Origin: a bacterium
GTDB lineage: Bacteria; Patescibacteriota; CPR2; UBA1875; JAJYID01
DNA: 64,000 bases
Direction: 5' to 3'
Assembly (NCBI GenBank): GCA_021787535.1
Contig: JAJYLR010000001.1
Location: 19,648-83,647, forward strand
Below the pieces are notes generated by a model, which was not told where the DNA came from, ran no database searches, and saw only the letters and a program-made list of their open reading frames with translations. The position numbers were made by a program, and so were the translations under genes. Shown here in pieces: positions 56,720 to 64,000 of this stretch. How positions within the stretch are numbered: position 1 is the first letter of the stretch; every line of letters starts with the position of its first letter.

Positions 56720-58246
56720 ATGGAACCTATCACACTGGTTCTGATCTTAGCTGGGCTGGCAGTCGGCGGAGCCGGCGGTTATTATGGCCGGAAAATGAAG
56801 TCTCAAGATGCGCTTGAGAAATCCCAGAAAGAAGCAGACAAAATAAAAAGCGAGGCGGCAAAAGAAGCCAAAGAAGAAGTTTTAAAGGCTAAAGAAGAGG
56901 CTCTGAAAATCAAAGAAGAGGCAAAAAAGGAAGAAAAGGAAAGGCGCGACCAGATCGCCGCAAGCGAAAAGAGAAACATTGATAAAGAAAAGGTTCTCGA
57001 TGAACGGACAAAGAAGCTGGACGAGACCCGCGACAAAGTAGAAAAAGATAAAGAAGAAGTTGAAGATATAAAAAATGGTCTTAGGGATATTCGAAAAAAA
57101 CAGATGGCGGCTCTTGAGAAAATCTCAAAACTTTCAACGGATAAGGCCAGAGAGAAACTCCTCGAGATAGTTGAGAAAGATTACAAAAAAGACGTTTTGA
57201 ACCTGATCAAAAAGGTTGAGATTGAGACAAAAGAAGAAGCAGATAAAAAAGCCCGTGAAATTCTCTCAACAGCTATTCAGCGCTTAGCGGGCGATATGAC
57301 ATCCGAGACGACTGTGACGGCGGTTACTCTCCCAAATGATGAAATGAAAGGCCGTATTATCGGTCGAGAGGGCCGAAACATTCAGGCCATTGAACGAGCG
57401 ACGGGTTGTGACATCATTGTCGATGATACGCCGGAAACGATTGTCATTTCCGGGTTTGACCCCGTGAGGCGTCATGTGGCTAAGAGGGCGCTCGAATCAA
57501 TGATGAAGGATGGTAGAATTCATCCGACAAAGATTGAAGAAGCGGTAGCAAAGGCCCAAAAGGAGATTGACAAGGAAATCAAAGAAGCCGGCGAGCAGGC
57601 GGTTTACAAAACCGGTGTTGCCGGCCTCCCATCCGACTTAGTCAAAGTTCTTGGCCGGCTGAAATTCAGGACTTCATACGGCCAGAATGTTCTCCAGCAT
57701 TCCATGGAGTGTTCGTACCTTGCCGGAGCCTTGGCGAGCGAACTTGGCGCAGACGTGAACTTGGCGAAAAAAGCGGCGTTGCTTCATGATATTGGTAAAG
57801 CTGTGGATCAGGAAATAGAAGGTTCTCACGCTGCCATCGGCCGGGATATTGCCAAAAAATTCGGTCTTGATGAAAAAATAGTCAATGCTATCGAAGCCCA
57901 TCACGAAGAGGCGGAGTTTAAATCAATTGAAGCTATTATAGTTCAGGTTGCTGATACCATATCCGGCGGAAGACCCGGAGCGAGACGCGATACTTTGGAA
58001 GCTTATATTAAGCGTTTAACTGAGCTTGAAAATATCGCTAACTCCTTTAACGGTGTTGAGAAATCCTTTGCAATCCAAGCTGGGCGCGAAGTGCGAGTGC
58101 TAGTTTCACCGGAAGAACTTGATGACCTAAAAAGCGAAAAGCTGGCCAAAGAAATCGCTGCAAAAATAGAGAAAGACCTAAAGTATCCGGGACAGATAAA
58201 GGTTAATGTTATCAGGGAAAAGAGAATAACGGAATACGCGAAATAA
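56720..58246 (+). CDS. rny: Ribonuclease Y (start at [19 protein letters not shown])
   Basis: N-terminal TM, coiled-coil, KH domain ([15 protein letters not shown]), HD domain (LLHDIGKA). Confidence 0.9.
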   Translation: MEPITLVLILAGLAVGGAGGYYGRKMKSQDALEKSQKEADKIKSEAAKEAKEEVLKAKEEALKIKEEAKKEEKERRDQIAASEKRNIDKEKVLDERTKKLDETRDKVEKDKEEVEDIKNGLRDIRKKQMAALEKISKLSTDKAREKLLEIVEKDYKKDVLNLIKKVEIETKEEADKKAREILSTAIQRLAGDMTSETTVTAVTLPNDEMKGRIIGREGRNIQAIERATGCDIIVDDTPETIVISGFDPVRRHVAKRALESMMKDGRIHPTKIEEAVAKAQKEIDKEIKEAGEQAVYKTGVAGLPSDLVKVLGRLKFRTSYGQNVLQHSMECSYLAGALASELGADVNLAKKAALLHDIGKAVDQEIEGSHAAIGRDIAKKFGLDEKIVNAIEAHHEEAEFKSIEAIIVQVADTISGGRPGARRDTLEAYIKRLTELENIANSFNGVEKSFAIQAGREVRVLVSPEELDDLKSEKLAKEIAAKIEKDLKYPGQIKVNVIREKRITEYAK

Positions 58247-58427
58247 AAACTGGAATCTAGTATTTTGAATTTTGAAGATAGAATGGGAATTATGAATGAT
58301 GAATATTTGGCCAACGAAGAACTTTGTAAATATCTGAATTCTTAATTCTATATTTTCATTCTAAATTCTAAATACCAAATTCAAAATTCTTCCATCTAGA
58401 AAGTAATTGTTTTTTTAAGGAACATTT

Positions 58428-59234
58428 ATGGCATCTAAATCGAAAAAACCAATCAAAATACTCTTCATTGCCGATATTGTCGGGCGTGCCGGGCGAAAAA
58501 CGATTAAAGAAGTGCTGCCTCAGCTTAAGAAGGAGGAAGGTATAGACTTTGTTGTGGCAAACGGTGAGAATATGACGACTGGCAATGGGATGACGAAAAG
58601 CACGATGGATGAGATGTTGGAGGCGGGGGTTGACTTCTTCACTGCTGGCAATCATATCTGGAAAAAGCCCGAGTTTTTAAACGAACTCGAAAAAAAAGAA
58701 ACACCTGTTGTGCGTCCGGCAAACTATCCGCCAACATCACCGGGTGATGGATATAGGATAGTTAAAACCGGTTTTGGCAGACTCTTGATCATAAGTCTCC
58801 TTGGCCGTGAGGGAATCAATGTACAAGTAGAGTCGCCTTTCAAGTCTATTGATGATATTTTAGAGGCCACAGAAGGCAAATATGATATTTCATTAGTCGA
58901 TTTTCATGCCGAAGTTACCAGTGAAAAGGTGGCCATGGGATATTACCTTGATGGCAGAGTGGATATTGTGGTTGGTACTCACACTCATGTTCCAACTGCA
59001 GACGCTCGCGTTCTGCCGAAGGACACAGCTTATATTTCAGATGCCGGAATGACCGGTGTAGAGGAGTCAGTTCTAGGTGTAAAAACCGACATAATTATCC
59101 GGCTTTTTACAACTGGGATACCTCAGAAGTTCGAGCAGGCAACAGAAGGGCAGAGGGTTTTCAATTCAGTTATGGTTGACTTTAGTCCCAAAGGAAAAGT
59201 AAAATCCATTATTAGACTTGATAGGCACATTTGA
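58428..59234 (+). CDS. ymdB: YmdB-family metallophosphoesterase (2',3'-cyclic nucleotide phosphodiesterase), in the conserved position downstream of rny
   Basis: IKILFIADIVGRAGR, GENMTTGNG, GNHIWKK, DFHAEVTSEK, GTHTHVPTAD motifs. Confidence 0.85.
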   Translation: MASKSKKPIKILFIADIVGRAGRKTIKEVLPQLKKEEGIDFVVANGENMTTGNGMTKSTMDEMLEAGVDFFTAGNHIWKKPEFLNELEKKETPVVRPANYPPTSPGDGYRIVKTGFGRLLIISLLGREGINVQVESPFKSIDDILEATEGKYDISLVDFHAEVTSEKVAMGYYLDGRVDIVVGTHTHVPTADARVLPKDTAYISDAGMTGVEESVLGVKTDIIIRLFTTGIPQKFEQATEGQRVFNSVMVDFSPKGKVKSIIRLDRHI

Positions 59235-59344
59235 AAGCTGTTGCAAGTGCGAAGAATCTGTGCTATAAATCGTATTACTTTTTAATTTATTAAAATAATT
59301 TAATTTTCCGCATGCAAAACCCGCGGATAACAAGAGGAGAAAAA

Positions 59345-59617
59345 ATGACAAAACATGATCTAGTGGAATCACTCTCAAAAGAAACAGGATATTCTAAAAA
59401 GGAAGTCGAAGCTTTTCTAAAAGTTTTAACTGCAACCATTACGGGCAAAGTGAGAAACGGCGAAAAAGTGGCAATTACAGGTTTTGGCACCTTTGACTTG
59501 GGTAAGCGCGCTTCAAGAAGAGGGCGAAATCCTCAGACCGGCGATTACATTACTATTCCTGAAATGAAAATGCCGAGATTTAGAGCTGGGAAGAACCTCA
59601 AAGAATCGGTTAGATAA
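59345..59617 (+). CDS. hup: HU family DNA-binding protein (start at MTKHDL after an AGGAG RBS)
   Basis: GFGTFDLGKRASRRGRNPQTGDYITIPEMKMPRFRAGK is the HU arm signature. Confidence 0.9.
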   Translation: MTKHDLVESLSKETGYSKKEVEAFLKVLTATITGKVRNGEKVAITGFGTFDLGKRASRRGRNPQTGDYITIPEMKMPRFRAGKNLKESVR

Positions 59618-59811
59618 ATATTTTCATATATAAAAGATGCTTCTTGCGAGTGTCTTTTATATTGGGGAAAAGGCAGTTTTGGGGTATAATATCTAGGCAA
59701 ATGATCAATAACTAATTTCCAATGCCTAATAAATGATTAAAACATTTAATTTTTAAATTTAGAAATTGGGATTTGACTGGTTATTAGTTATTGTAAATTG
59801 GAAATTTTCCG

Positions 59812-59888
59812 CGGGGTGTGGCGCAGTTGGCTAGCGCGCCTGCTTTGGGAGCAGGAGGCCGGAGGTTCGAGTCCTCTCACCCCGACCA
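59812..59888 (+). tRNA. tRNA-Pro (anticodon UGG)
   Basis: Folded by hand. C1:G72 acceptor cggggtg/caccccg, D-arm gcgc/gcgc, anticodon stem cctgc/gcagg with loop tttggga, T-arm ggagg-ttcgagt-cctct, discriminator A73, encoded CCA. Confidence 0.8.
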
Positions 59889-61409
59889 GATGAGACATTT
59901 TGAAAATTCAGGGGCGTTTTGTTGTACGCTCGCCCAACCTTCAGTAGTATTCGTTTCGCAAAAAGCCCTATATTTCGGAATTAAATCAAAGGGGCGGACA
60001 AATTCAAATTCAGCTTTTTGGGCAAGCAAACGGCGGTTCGTTCCAATTTTTTCCACCAATGACTTTATTTCATAAAAATCATCGGACAAAGCAAGTTTTT
60101 CGGCGCGGTGAGCGGTTTTTATCCATTCCCGCAAAGGTTCGATCCAACTGTTTCCCTTTCGCCCAAAATCAGACTCTCTTTTGCTAAGGTCTGTTTTTAT
60201 TTTTATAAGTTCATCTTTTTTTAAAAGATAAGTTTCTTTTTCAATACTTCCGTCTAAAAAAGCATTGACCAGTTTATCAAGTTTCGTTTCCGTCTCCTTG
60301 ATTTTCTTCTTGAAGCTTTGGGCGAAAGATTGCGCCGACCGGGCGTTGTCTTTTTCCCACACGTCAACTTGAGCGTTCATTTTTTCGGCCCAGCCGCCGC
60401 AAATAGCGATATTTTGAAGCCGTGATTTCAATTGATCAGCGAGTAAGTCCTCGCGTACATATCCTTGGCTGCATTTGCCGCGCTTTTTGGTACAGCGGTA
60501 ATAACGGTAAGTGCCGCCGTGTCCATGGGCAAACTGGGCGGTAATAGCGCCGCCGCACTCGCTGCAAGTTAAAAGCCCGACAAACGGGAAGTTATGCTTC
60601 CTTTTGCTTTTTCGAGGTCTTGCTCGCTGTTTTAGAACTTTTTGGACGGCTTCAAAAACGCTTAAGGAAACAATTGCCGGAAAACCGCCTTCATAGGTTT
60701 CACCATTGTGTACAATCAAACCGAGATAAACTTTGTTGGTGAGCATTCTCTGTAGCTTTGCCTTGCAAAATGGTTTTCCGGTTCTTCCAACCACGCCCCA
60801 AAAACTCAGGCGCCGGCCCAAACTTTCCAAAGTGTGTTGGCCATGGGCAAATTCCTCAAACGTTTTAACTACAAGTCTTGATTTTACAGGATCGGGTTCA
60901 ATATTTCTCGTTTTCGGATTATTCACATAGCCGAAAGGCGCAAGTGTCGGCCATTCGCCGCGCCTGATTTTTTGTCTGATCCCGCGCTTTACGTTCTCCG
61001 ACAAATTGTCGGAATAATACTTTGATTGGCCAAAGGCGACTTGAAGCATAAAGAGCCCTTGCGGAGTCGGCTCAAACCAAAAAGTGGGAAAGTTTAAAGA
61101 AACGATCTTGCCGATGTCAATACAATAAATTATTTGTCCGCCATCAACGGAATTTCTGGCCAAACGATCAGGGTGCCAAGCAATCAAGCCGATCGGTTCT
61201 TTGCTCTCGTGGACTTTGCCCATCATTTCATTAAAAACCTTCCGGCCCGGTTTCTTGGCGCTTTTAGATTCAATAAAGGTTTCCGCAATCTCTATATTTT
61301 CCCGTTTGGCAAATTCCGCCAACTCCGTAAGCTGCGCTTCAATAGACATCACTTGTCTTTCTTCATCTTCGGTGGATTTACGGGCGTAGAGAAAAAATCT
61401 TGTTTTCAT
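59877..61409 (-). CDS. Large serine recombinase (resolvase/invertase catalytic domain, recombinase domain, zinc-ribbon/coiled-coil), integrase-type
   Basis: N-terminus YARKSTEDEERQVMSIEAQ (catalytic Ser region). DRLARN. Recombinase domain. C-terminal Cys cluster CSECGG...C..C. Confidence 0.85.
   Translation of the reverse strand: MKTRFFLYARKSTEDEERQVMSIEAQLTELAEFAKRENIEIAETFIESKSAKKPGRKVFNEMMGKVHESKEPIGLIAWHPDRLARNSVDGGQIIYCIDIGKIVSLNFPTFWFEPTPQGLFMLQVAFGQSKYYSDNLSENVKRGIRQKIRRGEWPTLAPFGYVNNPKTRNIEPDPVKSRLVVKTFEEFAHGQHTLESLGRRLSFWGVVGRTGKPFCKAKLQRMLTNKVYLGLIVHNGETYEGGFPAIVSLSVFEAVQKVLKQRARPRKSKRKHNFPFVGLLTCSECGGAITAQFAHGHGGTYRYYRCTKKRGKCSQGYVREDLLADQLKSRLQNIAICGGWAEKMNAQVDVWEKDNARSAQSFAQSFKKKIKETETKLDKLVNAFLDGSIEKETYLLKKDELIKIKTDLSKRESDFGRKGNSWIEPLREWIKTAHRAEKLALSDDFYEIKSLVEKIGTNRRLLAQKAEFEFVRPFDLIPKYRAFCETNTTEGWASVQQNAPEFSKCLIWSG
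59884..60040. repeat. Left 157-bp inverted repeat (IR-L). It starts at the last 5 nt of tRNA-Pro and covers the 3' end (C-terminal ~50 codons) of the serine recombinase gene.
   Basis: Reverse complement matches 61544-61700 (first ~90 nt identical, ~92% overall). Confidence 0.85.
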
Positions 61410-61543
61410 AATGTTTCCTCCTTAATTTATATGTCTCCTTTGGCCTAAAAGCGTGGGATTAAAACTTGCTTTGTATTTTTGCTTTTGGCAAAAACGGAAA
61501 AAATCGGATACAAATTTCATTTGTGAATTTGCTTCGCAACTTT

Positions 61544-61700
61544 CGAACCGCCGTTTGCTTTCCCGAAAAGCCGAGTTTGAATTTGTCCGCCCCTTTGATT
61601 TAATTCCTAAATACAGGGTTTTTTGCGAAACGAATACTACTGAAGGTTGGGCGAGCGTACAACAAAACGCCCCTGAATTTTCAAAATGTCTCATCTGGTC
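61544..61700. repeat. Right 157-bp inverted repeat (IR-R), an inverted copy of the recombinase 3' end. It ends with gtctcatctggtc, which mirrors the tRNA-Pro junction.
   Basis: Seen directly. ORFs 59818-60075 and 61422-61694 translate to the same peptide on opposite strands. Confidence 0.85.
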
Positions 61701-61756
61701 GCAATTGCTGAACGTTGCTCGAACCCATTTCGAACAGGGAGAGGAATACTAGGGGC

Positions 61757-61782
61757 GATTTTTACAAGGATTTGTAAAAATC
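61757..61782. promoter_or_regulatory. Perfect palindrome gatttttacaa-ggat-ttgtaaaaatc, 57 nt beyond IR-R. Candidate recombinase binding or crossover site.
   Basis: 11-bp perfect arms around a 4-nt centre. Confidence 0.35.
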
Positions 61783-62055
61783 TGTGGCGGAAATTCGGGT
61801 CGGGGCGAATTTCCGCGGGGCTTTCGGACTTTCTTAAATCTCGGACCGCCTCAAGCATGAACTTTCGCCTGTTTCCCCAGCTTAACTGGTTCGGGTTTTT
61901 GCGGCGAAGATCGGGCGGCAAGGAAAGAAAGGGAACTTTTTCGCTTGCCCCGCCCAGCCCGGCGCGCTCCAGGGTTAAAGGGGCTCCCTTGTTTTTCTTC
62001 TAAGATAACTATAGTATGTAGAACTAAAGTTAGCAAGTAGTTTATTATATCCAGT

Positions 62056-62265
62056 ATGAAATCAAATGTTTTAATCAAATTCGGTAACAGGGTTCGGGAG
62101 GAAAGGGCCAAACAAGGATTATCTCAAGAAGCTTTGGCTGATAAGGCAGAAGTGCATAGAACTTACATTGGGATGATTGAAAGAGCTGAAAAGAATGTGA
62201 CTTTGATAACTATTGAGAGGTTAGCTAAAGCGCTTGGTGTTAAACCTGAAGATTTGGTTAGGTGA
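62056..62265 (+). CDS. XRE-family helix-turn-helix transcriptional regulator (Cro/CI-like)
   Basis: LSQEALADKAEVHRTYIGMIERAEKNVTLITIERLAKALGV is a canonical HTH_XRE sequence. Confidence 0.85.
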   Translation: MKSNVLIKFGNRVREERAKQGLSQEALADKAEVHRTYIGMIERAEKNVTLITIERLAKALGVKPEDLVR

Positions 62266-62278
62266 GGTTGAAAAAGAT

Positions 62279-62779
62279 ATGATATTTTCTGATATTAAAA
62301 TTGAAATCTCTGCTAATACTGTAGCTTGGTATGGAGCAATAGTCTCCTCTCTAGCATTTTTTATAGCTTTTCTAACATATAAGAGAGACCGAGCAAAAAT
62401 TGTGGTGGAATGGCAAAAAGATATGTTTTTTTATGATGATAGCATAAATCCTGGTGAACCATATCTTTTAATCAAAGTTATTAATAAAGGACGCCGTTCG
62501 GTTAGAATACAACAAGTGGGATTTTCTAATTTGTACAAAAGGGGAGGAGGAATTCTTAACCCTTATTATATTTCCCTGCCTAGTACAGTTAGTGAAGGTG
62601 AGAGTTTATCTCTTACGTGGAAACAGAAAAATATTTTTAATAAACCAATCTCATCATTTAATGTTTACGACGCAACAGGGAAAGTTTATAAGGCGAGAGT
62701 TGTCTCTCTTCCGGAATATTTGTTCGACAAAATTGTAAAATTTTTCCTAAAGTTAAAAAATCATAAAAAGAAGTCCTGA
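62279..62779 (+). CDS. Hypothetical membrane-anchored protein (start at MIFSDIKIEI after the HTH gene stop)
   Basis: One TM then a beta-rich domain. No family. Confidence 0.4.
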   Translation: MIFSDIKIEISANTVAWYGAIVSSLAFFIAFLTYKRDRAKIVVEWQKDMFFYDDSINPGEPYLLIKVINKGRRSVRIQQVGFSNLYKRGGGILNPYYISLPSTVSEGESLSLTWKQKNIFNKPISSFNVYDATGKVYKARVVSLPEYLFDKIVKFFLKLKNHKKKS

Positions 62780-62794
62780 AAATCACAACTACCA

Positions 62795-63454
62795 TTAATC
62801 CTCATTCTTTATTAAGACCTCTCTGCCAAATCGTTGGTTGTCCGTTGAAAACATATAAATTCGCAAAGGTTTCATATCCTCAAACACCACAGCTTTTTTG
62901 TATCCACAAGTATCTCGAAGACTGGAGGGTGTTATATACCACCAAGCAATTGCAGCACTATTTATTGCGGTAAATTCAACTCTACCTTTCCAGATATTCC
63001 CATCTTTCTCGACAAGTTTAATCGTAAATTCATTGCCGCCACAGTATTTCAAAGTTGCCTCACCGTTACAATCATCGCTAAGGAGGTTGTAGTCCTTATC
63101 ATGTTGATTTGCTAAATTTTCAAATTCATTCTTATCTTCTTCTGAAAATTTCTTGAAATTATAATTCTCCCAAGCATCCATCTCACCGGGTTCAGTTTTT
63201 TCAGACGGTTTGTCCCAATGATATGAATATGCTTTGTAAGTCCCTTCAATTTTTTTAAATCTTGAGAAATTTTTGTATATCTCAATAATTCTCTCCAGGA
63301 TTATAAGCGCAATTGCTACAAATGCGCTTATTTTTATAGTTTTTAGATCATTACTATCTTTTTTGGCAAAAAACCACCATGCGAGATCAGAAACGAAAAA
63401 GATAGTAAATACTTTGATTATCCAACTACCCCATATCAGTTTTATTAGTTTCAT
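62795..63454 (-). CDS. Hypothetical membrane protein (two N-terminal TM helices plus a soluble domain)
   Basis: ORF only. Confidence 0.4.
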   Translation of the reverse strand: MKLIKLIWGSWIIKVFTIFFVSDLAWWFFAKKDSNDLKTIKISAFVAIALIILERIIEIYKNFSRFKKIEGTYKAYSYHWDKPSEKTEPGEMDAWENYNFKKFSEEDKNEFENLANQHDKDYNLLSDDCNGEATLKYCGGNEFTIKLVEKDGNIWKGRVEFTAINSAAIAWWYITPSSLRDTCGYKKAVVFEDMKPLRIYMFSTDNQRFGREVLIKNED

Positions 63455-63548
63455 TCAATTTCCTTTATAATTCTGTCTGTTTCGACAAGCACTTTAGTGA
63501 CTTTTTGATAATGCTCGAAAACTTCAGAAATTTAAATCTATCTTTTCT

Positions 63549-64000
63549 TTAACTTTTCCCAAGGTTTTTGTAGGTTGAGATAAGTTCTTTAAAATTCTGG
63601 ACCTTATATTTTCCCCAGCCTTCTTGTTTTACATAAAGCATTTCATAATTATATTTCTTTTGTCTCTCTGTAGCGTCCTTGCACCATTGTCCAAGTCTCT
63701 CAATTTTTTTCAAATCGTCTAAATCTTCTCGTCCCTTAGTCTCAATGATATAAATTGTTTTATCATCTTTCTTGACTAAGAAATCCGGGTAATAGTAAGA
63801 AATTCCGCCTTCAGCGTTTTTATAATCAATTTTAAACTGAAAATTTCCGCTAACATTCCCATAGTTTTTTGCAAATGAAATGATATCATCACATTTCTCT
63901 AGAAAACTAGCAAATTTTAGTTCAAAATCGCTGTCGCCGACAATTTTATTAAATATGCTCTTGGTAGGCACAAGGAAGCTCTTGTTGTTTACTACGAATG
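63549..64000 (-). CDS. PD-(D/E)XK nuclease-fold domain protein. The ORF is open to the window edge (N-terminus beyond 64000) and may be the C-terminal domain of a larger restriction/helicase-type protein.
   Basis: YYYPDFLVKKDDKTIYIIETKGRE contains the D...E-T-K nuclease motif. No stop upstream in frame before the window end. Confidence 0.45.
   Translation of the reverse strand, partial: FVVNNKSFLVPTKSIFNKIVGDSDFELKFASFLEKCDDIISFAKNYGNVSGNFQFKIDYKNAEGGISYYYPDFLVKKDDKTIYIIETKGREDLDDLKKIERLGQWCKDATERQKKYNYEMLYVKQEGWGKYKVQNFKELISTYKNLGKS

Noticed and set aside
59630-59660. Possible terminator after hup (aaaagatgcttcttgcgagtgtctttt)
   Set aside because: The stem is short and imperfect with a large loop, so it is not a convincing intrinsic terminator.
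59818-60075. 85-aa ORF overlapping tRNA-Pro and antisense to the recombinase 3' end
   Set aside because: It overlaps a well-folded tRNA and lies wholly antisense inside the recombinase gene. It only looks protein-like because it reads the complement of the recombinase C-terminus. It was useful for revealing the inverted repeat, not as a gene.
61422-61752. ORFs 61422-61694 (minus) and 61453-61752 (plus) in IR-R
   Set aside because: They are mirror images of the sequence in IR-L, a duplicated recombinase 3' fragment. They are treated as part of the inverted repeat rather than independent genes. The plus-strand one could become the recombinase C-terminus after inversion.
1-64000. CRISPR arrays / rRNA genes
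   Set aside because: There are no regularly spaced direct repeats with unique spacers. The AT-rich tandem motifs are irregular. No 16S/23S/5S signatures were seen.

Overview
This is a low-GC (roughly 35-40%) bacterial chromosomal segment, densely packed with conserved housekeeping genes on both strands. They include fabK (5' partial), rpsT, an NrnA-like DHH phosphoesterase, the truB-rpsO-pnp operon, RNase J, ftsK, rodZ, yajQ, plsX, rpsF-ssb-rpsR, efp, tlyA, ychF, ruvC/ruvA/ruvB, yebC, tsaE/tsaB, rny-ymdB, hup, tRNA-Gly(UCC) and tRNA-Pro(UGG). A large type IV pilus/competence locus spans about 29.9-46.1 kb: pilMNO, pilB, pilT, pilC, a major pilin, prepilin peptidase, three minor pilins, a lectin-domain tip pilin, xerD, comEC plus a separate MBL domain ORF, and a response regulator. 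Lysine- and glutamate-rich C-terminal tails, lamin-tail-domain and sortase-type secreted proteins, and shortened tsaB/split comEC suggest a reduced-genome lineage, possibly CPR/Patescibacteria-like. That placement is an inference from the sequence alone.

The most unusual content is mobile and repetitive DNA:
- A dispersed superfamily of short palindromic elements built around GATTC-stem-loop-stem-GAATGAC (on the other strand GTCATTC...GAATC) has at least 14 copies. Three of them sit in-frame inside the essential genes tlyA, ychF and pilD, each contributing the same D-S-G-Q-A-R-M-T peptide.
- Two small stand-alone GIY-YIG nuclease genes are embedded in, or bracketed by, these palindromic elements. 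An empty copy of one such element elsewhere points to autonomous and non-autonomous forms of the same mobile element.
- A 510-aa large serine recombinase abuts the tRNA-Pro 3' end and is flanked by 157-bp inverted repeats that contain its own C-terminal coding region. Beside it lie a perfect 11-bp-arm palindrome, a GC-rich 300-nt segment, and a phage-like XRE/membrane/PD-(D/E)XK module.
- An 85-bp copy of the ychF 3' end flanks an inserted gene for a very acidic protein.

No rRNA genes or CRISPR arrays were seen.
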